A stretch of DNA of 62,261 nt, filler included, from Rhabdomonas costata (Eukaryota), in the NCBI GenBank assembly GCA_019059605.1. It is 34 parts of 34 records of this genome, joined end to end, with 100 filler letters (N's around TTAATTAATTAA, not from the genome) between each part and the next. Parts side by side here need not be neighbours in the genome. Positions count along the whole stretch, not along the records: positions 25,689 to 27,422 come from JAHMHO010009872.1; positions 27,523 to 29,256 come from JAHMHO010009873.1; positions 29,357 to 31,090 come from JAHMHO010009874.1; positions 31,191 to 32,924 come from JAHMHO010009875.1; positions 33,025 to 34,760 come from JAHMHO010009876.1; positions 34,861 to 36,594 come from JAHMHO010009877.1; positions 36,695 to 38,428 come from JAHMHO010009878.1; positions 38,529 to 40,261 come from JAHMHO010009879.1; 26 more parts are not named here. One strand, 5' to 3'. The notes under the pieces are model-generated. The model worked only from the letters and a program-made list of their open reading frames with translations. It did no database searches and was not told the origin of the DNA. A program made the position numbers and the translations under genes. This document shows, piece after piece, positions 26,275-39,325 of this stretch; position 1 is the stretch's first letter, and the number at the start of each line of letters is the position of its first letter.

Positions 26275-27055
26275 TGGGCTTCACTGTGATGTAGAACTGG
26301 CTGGCGTTGGTGTCGTTGCCGTTGTTGGCCATCCCCAGGATCCCCTCCTGGTCGTGTTTCACCGTGAAGCACTCGTCAGGGAAGGTTTGCCCGAAGATGG
26401 AGTGCCCCCCGGTGCCCTTGTTGTGTACCACATCCCCTCCCTGGATCCACCCGTCCTTAACGATGCGAAAGAACCGGGACCCCTTGTAGCTCAGCTTCCG
26501 CGGGGCTGCCACAGGGCCCGCGTTCGAGGCAGGGGTGGGCTCCGCCTCCTCGAGGTCGCCCACGCAGAGGTGGAGGAAGTTGCGACAGGTGTGCGGGCAC
26601 TTGTCCGTAAACAGCTCAAACACCAGGCGCTCGGGCAGGGACTCCCCCGCCAAACTAACCTCCATGAAGCAGAAAGCATGGCCCGTGCGCTTGAGGAACT
26701 TCTTGTACTGCACCTTGGCCTGGTTCTTGTACGACCGCTCGTCGGTGGAGTCGGGCTCAAAGGGAAACACCTTGAACCCGGTGAAGCTGCAGACGTGCTT
26801 CACGAAATCGTCGCCCAGATACAGAGAGTCGAGGTCCTCCGAGTACACCACGCACGCCGCCGTGCTGCCAATCAGGTGGGGGTCTTGCTCCCGCAGGCGG
26901 GCCAGGTGGGCCTCCCACTCCACAGGAAGCAGCTCCAGGACCTTGAACTCGAACTCTGCGGGGCGGTCGGAGCGGAGAAACTCGATGCACTCTCGGGTCT
27001 TCTGGTAGTCCTCGTCATCCATCCGCCCAGCGAGGGTGAGCCGTTTGCGCTCCAT
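26275..27055 (-). CDS. Cyclophilin of the PPIL6 type (N-terminal extension + cyclophilin domain), 3'-partial
   Basis: MERKRLTLAG...RLVFELFTDKCPHTCRNFLHLC...LSYKGSRFFRIVKDGWIQGGDV...GGHSIFGQTFPDECFTVKHDQEGILGMANNGNDTNASQFYIT. GWIQGGD and the N-terminal extension are typical of PPIL6. Confidence 0.9.
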
Positions 27056-27530
27056 GTCTTTAATATGTTTTTGCGTGCACACAGCAGAAAAACACACAAG
27101 AAGGGAAATCAGAGATAACCCTGGCAACAGCAAAATACCTGGCGGGGTACAATGAACGACACAAATCCAAAACACCCACAGAAGAAACACGCTGTGTCAA
27201 GTGTCAAAGGATGCACAAAGGACAGGGCGACGATTGTCGCTGCGCAAAGTGGGGTCTTCGTTCCGTCCACCCCGTCATGTCTCCCCTGCCCGTTCAGACA
27301 ATACAAGGACCGCAGTCCGGCAGGTCAACCCAAATTTTGGAATTCACACCAGGAGCTCTTCACAAGCCCAATCAAACGGAGGCAGCGTGTGGCTTCGCCG
27401 TCCGGAAGGGCGCACATCATTCNNNNNNNNNNNNNNNNNNNNNNNNNNNNNNNNNNNNNNNNNNNNTTAATTAATTAANNNNNNNNNNNNNNNNNNNNNN
27501 NNNNNNNNNNNNNNNNNNNNNNGGGTGTGT

Positions 27531-27896
27531 GGCACTAAATCAGGGCAGTCAGTGTGTCGGCTGATGTTTGGCGTTGAAGGTGCACGCAGTCCACCCGAAA
27601 CACGTCTATTTCATCTTCAAAATACCTGCCACTGAGGCCGAAACTTCGCCTTTGCACTGTGTACCTAAAAGCCTGAAAGGACTGGAGATTTACTCCTAAA
27701 AATCCCCGCGCCTCCGGCGCGCAAAGCTCCTTTCCATTACCGCATTTTGCCTCCCAGGTCAAAAGCTCATCTACGGGCTGCGCTTATCTCCACGTACACT
27801 ACATTTTTGAGACCAGCGGCTTAAAAACAGGGTGAAAAGACTTCTGTTCGGAATGCTACAGACTAATCTCTCAGTTTCCGGGTGGAGCTAGCCTTA
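27531..27896 (+). repeat. Dispersed repeat family A, copy 2
   Basis: GGCACTAAATCAGG...CCACCCGAAACAC...TACTCCTAAAAATCCCCGCG...CTCCACGTACACTACATTTTTGAGACCAGCGGC...GACTAATCTCTCAG...GGAGCTAGCCTTA is shared with the reverse complement of 10352-10671. Confidence 0.9.
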
Positions 27897-29675
27897 TATT
27901 TCTCCAAATTTTGGTGTTTGTTGACATCCATTTTCGTGTCCAAAAAGCTCCAGAGGGGCAGGACGGCTCTGAATAGCGCCTGGAAGCATAAATCCACGTT
28001 TGGGAGGATGCAAAGACACCAAATTGAGCAATTGGGATTGGAAAACAAGTTCAATCCCAATGCGGACACGAAAAAGAGGTCATTTCCATCACCCTGGTAC
28101 CTCCGCACCCTGAATTTGTTTTTCAAATTGGCAATTTTTTTACACTTCCTTTTTAAAATCCGACAATTGTATCAATTGAATCCCTGCCAAGGACCATTCC
28201 GAAAGAGGTTTGAAAGAAGTTGGTGCTGCAACCCGGGAGTGAAATGCCGAAGATACGATCGTATTTATATCTGTGCAGTGTGTGCGTGTGTGCAGATCTA
28301 ATATGTTGCTGAAGAGATGACCTCCTCTGATAAGCACCCATTCGCAAACAGGTCACGCCATCGCAACGCTGGATTCATTTCGAAGCATTCGAAGGCTGCA
28401 AATGCACAGGAAAACCAACGAATTCACCGTTGTGCAAAAGGTTGCAGAAAAGATGAAAACAGAATGGAAAGAGCACTCTAAGAAAACGGAGCGATAGACT
28501 GAAATCTTGCAAACCCGACCGAAAGGACAGGCGCAGAAAGGTCCAGCGCAATGAGATACAGAAAAGTCCATGACTGGGCTCCCACGATGTGGACCCATCC
28601 CTCCTTCCAATTTTCCCCCCAATGCTCAGCTGCGGCGATGAGGAGACTCCCTGCGAGGGGGGGAGTTGGAGGCGCGGCGCCCCGGCATCTTCATCCTGGC
28701 CGCAATCTGCAGGTGCTCCTCGGGGATCCACTCAACATCCACACCTTCCGGCACGCCCTTCATAAGAGCCTGATGGAGCCAACCAAAGACACAGAAATAT
28801 CCGTTTCTGCGAGAAGTTTACCTGCCCGAGGGCGGAATTTCACTGCAGAGCTTGGGTTGGGTAAGGATGCCGTTACGGCAGATCAGTAAAACGAGCATTT
28901 TCGGCACCGTAGTTAAGGTGGCCCATATAAGGGAAGTCGATTGTGAAAACTTTGAGGTGTCATGCTTCTCAGAGAACCCCAAACATCGACAGTTGTGATA
29001 CGTTAAAAATAGCGACAGCACTACTGCCCGTTCAATTTTGATTTTCCACGGTTCACCACTGGTGACCTGAAGGTCTCGTCAGCGTGGATTGTCAAGGTTT
29101 GCTCGAGGGGCAGAAGCAATGCGCTTCAACTCGGAAGTGAGCGAATATGCAGCCCGGACAGCGTTCTGTGCGCAGGATGGTGGTGGGGGCTTTGCCCGAT
29201 ACCCCGCTTAGTGTGGTTAACGTATTTCAAAAAGACGAAAAGATACCAAAACCACCNNNNNNNNNNNNNNNNNNNNNNNNNNNNNNNNNNNNNNNNNNNN
29301 TTAATTAATTAANNNNNNNNNNNNNNNNNNNNNNNNNNNNNNNNNNNNNNNNNNNNTTGTTTGGGGTCGGATTGCTTGGATGGATGAGTGGGAGTCATTG
29401 AGTCCAACAAAAGAAAGATGCTTGCGCAACTCAAAATTGTAAGCACCCTTTCTCCACCCCAGTACTCCGTTGCGATAAAATCCAACATTCAAGCAAAAGA
29501 AGACAAACAAAGCAGAAAACCAGCACCAATGATTTCCGTGCGAGCATTTTGTCAAAGTGACAAAACGTAAGGAATTAACCATTGTACAAACTGACACTGG
29601 CGGCTCAGAGATTTCATACCGGTAGATGACCGATGACCGATAAAACTCTGCCTCGGTAACATAAAAGACACTCAC

Positions 29676-30945
29676 CTTCTTCTTCTCTCCGTATACGAAG
29701 AACACAGGATGTTTTCGGGGGCACCCCAAAGTCAGGGCCTTGCCCCGGGTGCGAATGATGGCGCGCCACAGGTAGTAATAGGGGTAGCACATCTGGGCAC
29801 GACATTCGGAAAGAGGCCTTGCCCTGTACCTGGGAAGGTGCGAGTAAAAGGGTGGCTGTAAAGCCTCTGTCACCGACAGACGATGACGGCCGACGATCCG
29901 ATGCTTCATGAGTTGCTTGACTGCTGACGGTGATATCGGCGGTGGTTTACGGCAGATGGTGGAGAATGGGCCGCAATAGGGTAGGAATTCAACCCCCATC
30001 TCCGGGTACGGTACCTTCCCCATAGTGGGACGGATGCGTGCAGGCCAGGTGACTTTTGCTCATTTGTTTTTATTTTGGTCCCCGTGAGTGTTTCCTGTCC
30101 TGCAATGCTGGGTAGCGCTGAGAGGAAGTGACTCGGCTGGGCAATGGGGGGTGCAATGCTTTTGCACTTGACCTCAACCAAGCCAGTCTTCTGGTTCCAG
30201 GCATTCACCAATTCCTGACGCCCCTGTCAGCCTGAATTCCAGGGCTTCAGTGGAAGCGTGCGAGAACACACTTGAAGAGCCAAAGCGCACCACGCATCAA
30301 GAAGTTCCCCGCGGGCCCCCCGAGGAGGAACACCGACACGAGGTACAGCTGGTAACTCAAAACCATCACCGCAAAGCTCATGGAGCGGGGAGAGTCCCAG
30401 GCAATGTCCACCAAGACCTAAAGAAGACAGTAACTCCAAATGTAACAGTAACAGTAACTTCAAATGGCTCCTATTGCAGAACGTAACTCCATACGCATTG
30501 GAAAGATGGACTGGCAGTACTGATTGCGCCCCATTGTTTTTACTTGTTAGACTTGTTGACGTGTTTGGGTTCTGAATCCGCAGTGGGAGACAATCACCCA
30601 TGTAATAGTCTTGCAGAAACTGAACACCAACTTGGCGGCGCCGTTCAGTGTAAAGGTGGACAGGAGTCGGAAAGCTACAGAAAGGCCTTGCCCAAAAGAG
30701 GCCATGGACCTTGCCTCATGGTAACCGACTATATGCACACACACACAAACCACAACCCCCCCACCCACCATTTCCCTCGCGCGCACATACCACGCGGTGG
30801 ATCAGCTCTGGGTCCTGCTGCGACAGCAGTCGGGCGAGGTAGCAGCCCCAGTCGTGCGCGAACACCACCACCCGGTGGTCCCTCACCTCATTGACCTTAC
30901 GAAGCTCCTGCCGAAGCAGCCCCACCAGCTCGTCGAAGTCAATCC
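29676..30945 (-). CDS. Alpha/beta-hydrolase fold protein, internal exons 30945-30791 and 29792-29676
   Basis: VVVFAHDWGCYLARLLSQQDPELIHRV is a nucleophile-elbow HDWG motif. The later exon reads MCYPYYYLWRA...HPVFFVYGEKKK. Both have AG/GT boundaries. Confidence 0.8.
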
Positions 30946-31325
30946 CTACAGTGCGGGAAGACATCCTTGAAGCTTGAAGCTAGGGTGACCATGTGACAAA
31001 ACCTCGGAACATCAGAAAATGATGGAAGAAGAACGCGGATGGCACGCAGTCTGGACCTCAACAACAAAGAACATGGAACAATCACCAACCNNNNNNNNNN
31101 NNNNNNNNNNNNNNNNNNNNNNNNNNNNNNNNNNTTAATTAATTAANNNNNNNNNNNNNNNNNNNNNNNNNNNNNNNNNNNNNNNNNNNNCTTTTTTTTT
31201 CCCGAGGTAATTCCAGATGGTTAGTGCAGATGAAGAACATGGCGAGCAAAGATGGGGACTTACACAAGAAGCTGAAAAGCAAAATGCCACTGTCAACGTT
31301 GTGCTAAAATTAAAACGAATTGTAC

Positions 31326-32721
31326 CGCTTTCCTGCAGTCCTCGGACATAGGCCGCACCCAGTTCAGCTACAACTCTGGCGGCGCACCCAAACGACCGGG
31401 TGTGGATCACCGGGTTTCTGGGGTTGTTGTTGACATCCAGCACCGGGGCCATGTTGACAGTGACTCCTAGTTGCCGGAGCTGAAGCCCAACGATTCGGCC
31501 CCACAGCAGGACAAGAGTGCGGTTGCCTGCCACTCCCGCGGCCATTGGGCTTGGGAACTGGGTCACTCCCTGAAGGGCCCCCACAGGGTCTCGGCCAGGC
31601 CGACCCCCTTCCTGGTCCAGACCAACCATCATCGGAACGTTGGGGACACGAAACCGGCGGGTGCCGCGGGGGGTAAGGGTTGGGTTGAATCCCACCAGGT
31701 GCTGCTGCGCGGCGTCCAGAAAGGATCTGGCGAAAGAAAAAGACAAAACCCCCCAAAGTAATGCGATGCTAACTGGCTAAGGTTTTCAACAACCGGAAGC
31801 TCAAGTTTCAGCTAACAAGTGTCAATTAGCAATCCAACCCAGGAGATCTTGGGCATCAGCCACTCGTTTCATCACGGCTGGGGGCAGCCGCTCGCCCTCT
31901 CCCATGTTATTCTTTGTAGGAACGAGGTTTCAAACAGCTGAGTGCAATGTTTCAAAAATTAGACAAACCTAAATAAACCTAAACAAACCTAAATAAGAAA
32001 ATAAAAATCATGGGAAATGAAATTCAGTAATTTCAAACAGTGAAGCAGGGTATCAGTACAGGCAACGGCACAGTGCTGGAGCAAACATGAACACCGGGAG
32101 AGGGCAAAAGGAAAAGGGAAAACGAGATTGGGAACCGGGATACAGGCGAAAGAAACTCTAACTATGAGACAAAAGTAACCAAAGTTGGTATTCGAGCAAA
32201 CCCTGAAAGGGATTGCGGCCTAGGTCCAGAGAGAGGTGAGCGACACCTCCGGAGTGGGGAGAAAAGGGAGAAGCACCGGAAGATAATGACGTTATTTGAT
32301 GGAAAACGTGTGGGTGCGCGGAGCATCGGAAAAGAACGGGGAGGAAAACAGAAAAGCAATTTAAAAGGAAAAGGATGGAAATGAACTACATTCCCGTCAA
32401 CAGTTTTTTCCAGTAACAAGCTGCGAGACAAGCTTTGAGACTTCACATCAACATGTTGAAAAATTACCAGAAAGCACAGCCTATCACCCACTGCCCATAC
32501 CGGAAGGCCTCTGCGCCTGCGCTGGCGTTCACGCTGTACGGACACAGAAAAAGGCCTCCCGGCAGAGCGGTCTCCAGAAATGCCTTCGCGGAGTCATCCA
32601 ACGTGGACCCCGGGAGAGCGACTACCAGTAGTTGTCCCACTCGCTGAGCAAGAGTCATCTGAGAGTAGATTATCTGCTCAGGGGCGGAGTGTACCTCCGC
32701 AGCAGCGGCTGCGAAAAGCAT
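31326..32721 (-). CDS. Glycoside hydrolase family 3, NagZ-like beta-N-acetylhexosaminidase, 3'-partial; exons 32721-32501, 31726-31326
   Basis: QMTLAQRVGQLLVV...PGGLFL...PMMVGLDQEGG...TQFPSPMAAG...LRQLGVTVNMAPVLDVNNNPRNPVIHTRSFG...AYVRGLQESG. The GTATGG...CAG intron is in frame. Confidence 0.92.
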
Positions 32722-34529
32722 TCGATTCCACAACCAACAGTGACGAAACGATGAAGCTGGCAGTAAATGAGCTCAAAAACACCCCTTGTGATGGGTCAAC
32801 CTCGGAACGTGGTGCCCGCTTCTCTTTTGAGGGTTACCCGAAGCCGAACCAATGGGATGGCCGGTAAGCGTGATTTAAAATTGCTTGTGGTCCATTCATG
32901 GGTGTGGACTGGACCACCCCCCCCNNNNNNNNNNNNNNNNNNNNNNNNNNNNNNNNNNNNNNNNNNNNTTAATTAATTAANNNNNNNNNNNNNNNNNNNN
33001 NNNNNNNNNNNNNNNNNNNNNNNNCTGCGTACGGCTATGCCACTACTGTCCCACTCGCTACTTCCGTGCTCCACAACATATCGACGATCGCTCCCAGTGT
33101 CCTGAGTAGTAAGGATTGGTCACCCTGAAGTTCAACGCCTGGGTTGGCATCAACGTAAACACGCGCCAACACGAACCACGTGAGGATACAGGTATCACGG
33201 TGAGGCTATGCAACGTAGCGCGTAACTCAACACCTATGTTCCTACGCTAGTAGTGGCTGGAGGTGAGCTAGGTTTATGCCCCTATCACGCGTAGGGTATG
33301 TCAACTTAGCCTCCAGTGATGGACATGAACCCTTACCTTATGCGTAGGGTAGTAGTGCTGGGTAGGCGACCCAAGATCGATCTGCAGTGAGCCTGCGAAA
33401 CTCACCGTAGGGGACAATAAACCCACTCCACCCACACGAATGGAAGTGATTGAGGTAAGTGGTTAACGGTAGCGTATCAGCAGCAATGCCTACTCTAATC
33501 ACACCACCGTACCCGAATCATGCCATCGATGTTGGAACGGATGAGTGTGGTACAGACCGGTAGGTAGCAGCAATGCATACCCTACTCAACGTACACACAC
33601 CGATCCTACCACATTACGATGTTGGCACCCCAGGGTAGTGGTGATGTTGGTAGTGGTACGAGTGACGCTGTGCATTGCCACACTGTCACCTCCTCCACTG
33701 CCACTCCCTCTACTGCAACCGTGATGCTGGCGATGATGGTGATGGAGGTAGGGAGTGTGACAAAGGGCTGCGCAAGGGCCGATGTCACACCTCTGCTTCT
33801 GTTGTCATCCTCCCACCATGATGCGTTGATGCGTGTCGGGATGTCAGGCAGTTGGGGTGAGGAGGCAGTCCGAAGCATGCACCATGCCAAGACGTGTCAA
33901 CCCAACCACCACAGCCTGATGCCCCATGGTGAGAGCGTGAGAGTGGAAGTGACGCATGCCGAGAGAGTGACGGTAAGGATACGCTCTTGAGATGCTAAGG
34001 CTAACCAAGGCTAAACGTAAGGCATGCACGTAACCCTCCCATTCCCAACGCTACCTCAACGCCTCGAACCCAATGTGAGGGAAGATGCGAAGAGGAGCCC
34101 GCCGAGGGTGACACGTGAGGGGTTAAAGGTAAAATAGAGTGGAGGGATTCGATAGGACGTGAGAATCCCGACAGTGGAGTATTCTGCTGGTCGCATCTCG
34201 CTATGCTCGATGCTCCCTATGAGTGGATGGTTCGTCGTTCCACCGGCATAGGGGCATAAAGGCTAAACCTATCGCAGATGCCCTCTATTACGGCATGATC
34301 CACTGCGTGACTCATGCCTTCATGCCTATAGGGGTGATAGGGGTAAGGGCCCCGCAGGGTAGCATAGGGGTGCGATGCTTGATGCTCCTCGACTCGGGGG
34401 ACACGTAGGGAGATAAGAAAGGCTAAAAGATGCCCGCAAGGGGTAGAAGGCAAGGCACAGGGGGACTGAGAGTAAGAGTAAAAGATGATGGCTGTCGGTC
34501 AGTCGATGCCTTGCATCTCCTTCCCTCCT

Positions 34530-34755
34530 AGATGCGTCTCGGAGGAAGGTATTCGGCTCGCTCCGGTAGCCCAGCCCACCTATCACCCACACCTGCCCCA
34601 AGAAGATCACGGCACCGTGAGAGCGGCGGGGCGGAAAGCAGCGGTAGCCCTGCAACGCCCAACGGGTGCCCGTGGAGCTGGACCAGTCATCTCCCAGGAG
34701 TCCACCGTTGTCGTCGCTCCTGCCTCCAAGCACCAACACCTGGGCCCCCAGCGTG
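34530..34755 (-). CDS. Kelch-like beta-propeller fragment (possibly degenerate)
   Basis: LVLGGRSDDNGGLLGDDWSSSTGTRW...PPRRSHGAVIFLGQVWVIGG spans one and a half kelch repeats. Confidence 0.65.
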
Positions 34756-36125
34756 ACACANNNNNNNNNNNNNNNNNNNNNNNNNNNNNNNNNNNNNNNN
34801 NNNNTTAATTAATTAANNNNNNNNNNNNNNNNNNNNNNNNNNNNNNNNNNNNNNNNNNNNGGGGTGGTTGTGTGGATTTTGTACTTCTGTATTGGCACTA
34901 TGGGTTCTGCATTTGTGAAGACCTGCCTGGTAACCATGGCAGGTGTATCCGGTGGCATCGCCAATGGAATTTTGAGGAGTGATGGAAAATTAACGGTCGC
35001 AGGATTTTTGAAAGACAGGACATGTCGGGTTATAAAGATCGGGAGAGATCGAGAAGGGGACGGGACGCCGAGGCACATAATATACGTTTTCACGATTTTT
35101 ACGATGACACTACACCTTAGCATGGTGAATGCCAGTAATAGGACCCACGGCCAGTAGGAGCAACAATCGGTGATATTGGGCACCGCGGGCCTGCCCACTT
35201 TTAAACGTTGTCAAAGCCCTCAAATGGCAACGAAAGCGTCGTCCATTTCACGAGCAACAACGGACACAACAGTACGGGTAAGACAGGGATAAACACACAA
35301 CGTGACCGAGGCCAAAGCCGAAGTATTGGGTTTTCGTGAGAAACTGCCGATTTCGAAGGGTTGACAGAAACGAGCCGTGCGTTGGAGAGCGCGGACAGTG
35401 CGGAAAGTTTCTGTGATGCCATCCGACCCCGTTTGGCAAGGGGCCCGTGGAGCAAAACAGGGGGGCAAAATGGAAAAAGGAGGGGGCGAAACGCGCATCC
35501 CCAGCAAGTGTGGAGGGATGTGTCGAGCAATGGTCTATGTGGGAAGGAAGGTGATAAATGTAACGACCAGCTCCAGGGCAAAATTCAGCGGAGCTGGCAG
35601 TTTTGCAGGGGTGCTTCTTGCAGCGGGATAAGTGCACCATATTTTGATAATTAATCGTTTGAGGTTAATGCGGTGCCATTGATGACGATAAATGCGTTTT
35701 GGCAACCTCTGCGTCTCTTCAATTTCGACGGATAGCATAACAGACGCTTGACGAGAAACGGCAGATAAACAAGCGCTTCGTACCTTGAGAGTAGCAGGTG
35801 ATCGAAGCGAAGCTGACACTTGATCATACCGCCCTCATTATGCACGATGCATTTTATGACGCCCAGTGATTGAAGAACGTCGGTGCAATTCAACCCCGGC
35901 TACTATAGAAAAGCAAATTTGGCGCAAAGATGAACCAAGACTGCACCCAAACATTGACGATGCTGGACGCAAACGTTCACATCTCTCTCGGACTCTCAGA
36001 GCCAGTGCAGGAAATAGTAAATCCACAACAGAAGGAAGTAGGGCTTCATAGAAACCTAGAAATTCCCCGGCTTCCCTTGGAAAAATACACACGGCGTGCA
36101 CATATATAAACTCTCGTGCTTCTCC

Positions 36126-36576
36126 TCACCCAGTGACAGGGCACACAGGAGCACCCCCCAGCCACCAGGTCTGAGCCTTCCACCGGTTCACGACCACGTG
36201 GTAGGGTAGGGTGACATCCGATCGGACCCCGAAAAGAAGGTCCTCTTTCGTACAATCCACGACACGGAGCTTCTTAAGGACCCCCAGGACAGCGCCCTGA
36301 AAGGAGGTCTTCTGTGAACCCCGGGATACCGCGTAAGCAAGGTCAGACAATGCCTGAGCGTCTGCCAGGCGCTCCCTGGGGTAGCTGGAAATTCCCTCAT
36401 CCGATTGCAAGCTTCGGAGAAGGAACACGGCATCCTCCAGGCTACTGTTGACGCCCTCCCCTGTGGCAGGGTACACGGAGTGGGCCGCGTCCCCCATTAA
36501 AATGGCCCAGGAGTTGGCCACGCCCAGCCCAGTGACGCGAGTCACCGCCCCGGTGAAAATCCGGCGAGAGAAGTAC
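36126..36576 (-). CDS. FAD-dependent monooxygenase (kynurenine 3-monooxygenase-like), terminal exon
   Basis: AILMGDAAHSVYPATGEGVNSSLEDA is the GD fingerprint of group A flavin monooxygenases. TAG acceptor upstream and a stop at 36126. Confidence 0.85.
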
Positions 36577-37326
36577 CTAAGATGACCACCAAAANNNNNN
36601 NNNNNNNNNNNNNNNNNNNNNNNNNNNNNNNNNNNNNNTTAATTAATTAANNNNNNNNNNNNNNNNNNNNNNNNNNNNNNNNNNNNNNNNNNNNTGTTGG
36701 GTGGCGAGCTCTCTGTCATTGCCTGTCCTACAGTGATCAGCTATTTTGCTGAAGGGACGAAGTCCGCGTTTAATTTGTTATTTTCCGCAATTTGTGCGGG
36801 CAAGAGCTGCTGTTTCGCCGTGAATGCGAAATTTTTTTCACTTCGCTACATCGAAGAGTTCACAAAGAGTTTCAAAGTCAAAGTTTCCTTGGGTGTGCAT
36901 GGTGATAACTTGTGATATAAAAACAGGAAAAACAGGAGAACTTCTCTGCGAAGGAAGAAACGTGGTCGAAGCACACACTTGGGCGGGGCGGTTCTTTTCC
37001 CTTCACTTGAGTTCACATTTGCTGCCCGTAATAACAAATAGGAAGTTGGAACTGGTTGAAATGGTGTAAGTCTGGCAAATTCTAAGCGAACCGATTGGAT
37101 AGAACCTTCCGCGCTTCCCTGCTGAACAAACAGACAAAAATCTCCCCGCAGCAATGCTGAGGAGACCACATGGCATCGTAATCTTTGGTGTGTCAGCATA
37201 AAATCTCCGAACTGGAGAAGAAGCGGATCGTAATCATTCAGTCGTTCTCCCACAACGCTAATGGAAGAACCCAAAAACTCGCTGATATATTCTAGTCATG
37301 ACGAGTGCGCGCTCAGCCATAATCTC

Positions 37327-38284
37327 TCACGGGTAAGCTGTCATGTCAATCCCAAAAACCTCTTCGAGCACACGGTCCCGCTCCTCTTCGGATTGCAGGA
37401 TGCGTTCCTGCGTGGGCTGACCCACCCTTCGGAACTTCAGAGTGAAGCCGCTGAGCGTGACGCGGCCATCCTCCAGGGGCTTGACGGCGACGATCTGCAC
37501 GGGCAAAGCACCACCTTCCACGCAGTGACCGAATAGGGACAAGGACTGACATGTTCACACAGTAGACAAAGTTTTCGGCCGCGTTTGTCTTGGTTTTTGC
37601 GCGGACACAGAAGAAGCGCCAAAAGAGAAAGAGTAGCAAAAAAAAATGAGTGCATGCAAGTGCTTGTAGAGGGATTCTACCTGTTTGGAGAAGAGTGGAT
37701 GGTGGCGGAAACTGTAGTCGCTGCGGGCCCGCAACACGGCAGGGGTGGTGGGCACCAGGGTGAACCAGTACAGATCCACCCAAGCGTCCTTCACGAGTAC
37801 CTTTTGGGCACAGGTAGATTTGCAAAAGAGCTCAAAGAAAACGGGTGGTTGAATCAAAAATGGTGCCAACAGGGCACCTGTAAAATTGCTTGCTTTGTGG
37901 TGCGCGCTGAACAGAGCAGATCACAAACCTGCAGATAAAAACCCACGAAGGAGTCCTTCTCCGGGTGAACCATTGCCTCCACTGTGGACAGTGCTTCTGC
38001 GCTGCCCAGGACTCCGCGTCTCAGCCGGTACCGGGTGCCGGCTTGTGAGTACTCTCCACCCGCTGCCAGCCAGTCCGCAGGGGGTGGCTGTTTCGTTGGT
38101 CCGGAGTCGCTTGTGTCGTCGTACGCGCGCAGCAACAAGGGCTCCACAATGCCCGTTCCCCCAAAGCCGACATCACACAAGTGCCACGTGCCGTCTACGT
38201 TTGTCAGGATGACTTGATGTGTCCCGTCGCAAGACTGAGTGGCACCGAGGTTATGGCTGGATACCCGCCCAGAGAAAGGATGAA
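37327..38284 (-). CDS. Arylamine N-acetyltransferase, 5'-partial; exons 38284-37929, 37800-37681, 37494-37327
   Basis: SGRV...THQVILTNVDGTWHLCDVGFGG...EPL holds the catalytic His and Asp, followed by WVDLYWFTL...HPLFSKQ|IVAVK...GRVTL...VLEEVFGI. GT-AG introns in frame. Confidence 0.9.
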
Positions 38285-39325
38285 CTGCGGCCTTGAGACT
38301 GCCCGCCACCACAACAGCTGCCAGTCCAGAATAACAATCGTAACCTATGTGCGTGTGTTTGTGTGTGTCTGTTGCGCGCTGGCTGTTACCTGGTTGACTG
38401 GTAGTTGGCGACCAGGTAACACCCAACANNNNNNNNNNNNNNNNNNNNNNNNNNNNNNNNNNNNNNNNNNNNTTAATTAATTAANNNNNNNNNNNNNNNN
38501 NNNNNNNNNNNNNNNNNNNNNNNNNNNNGGTGCGGTGTTGACCGGAAGTGCCCCGCTTCCTCCTCCCGCATTACTTGTCATATGATGACCTATTTTATAT
38601 AGTTGCAACACGAAACTGAGAGGAAGGTATTGGAATGCTACCACACCGCACACATACAGGTTGTGTGGCGTGTGGTACTCTCACGGGTAGTTTTTCTGAT
38701 TTGTGAACAGACAAAAAAACTAGAATTTCCTGGTCTGAGTTCATGGTGTAACGTACTTAGTATCGTTTGATTATCAGTGGTGCGGTTTTCAAGATCGACA
38801 CTCGGAGTTTCCCTTCCTCTCTCTATCACTTTCTCTCCTTGTTTCGTTCGGTCCGTCAAATCCACGAACTCTGTCCGAAACCCCATCCCGTAGCCTTCGC
38901 TCTCTCTCTTTTCTCTCTTGCCCGTCCTTTATAACCCTCCCTCAATTATTGCACAGGCGTTCTCCCTCTCCCTCGTTCATTCCCCTCCTGTTCAGGTTAT
39001 TTCCCCTCTCCTTTCCCTGTTTAACCTCCCCTTCGCACGCCCTCTTCTCATTTCTCTTCCACTGTAAGTTAGTGGCCTCTTGTGTTGTTTTGTTGTGAAA
39101 AGAGTCATCGCATTTCTACTCCGACCGATGGACGCCCTGTCCCATGGCCGGGCAAGGTGTGAGGGCTGCTGGCTTTCGAATCTAAAAATAAATTGCGCTG
39201 CGCACAAGGTGTGTGAAGCGTAAATAGTCTGGAGAGTTTAACGTTCGGAGAAAAACTGACCTATTATAGAAACCTAAAGGAGCCCCCCCCCAAGGAAACA
39301 CCGTGGAAACAAGGCGAGAGCAAAC

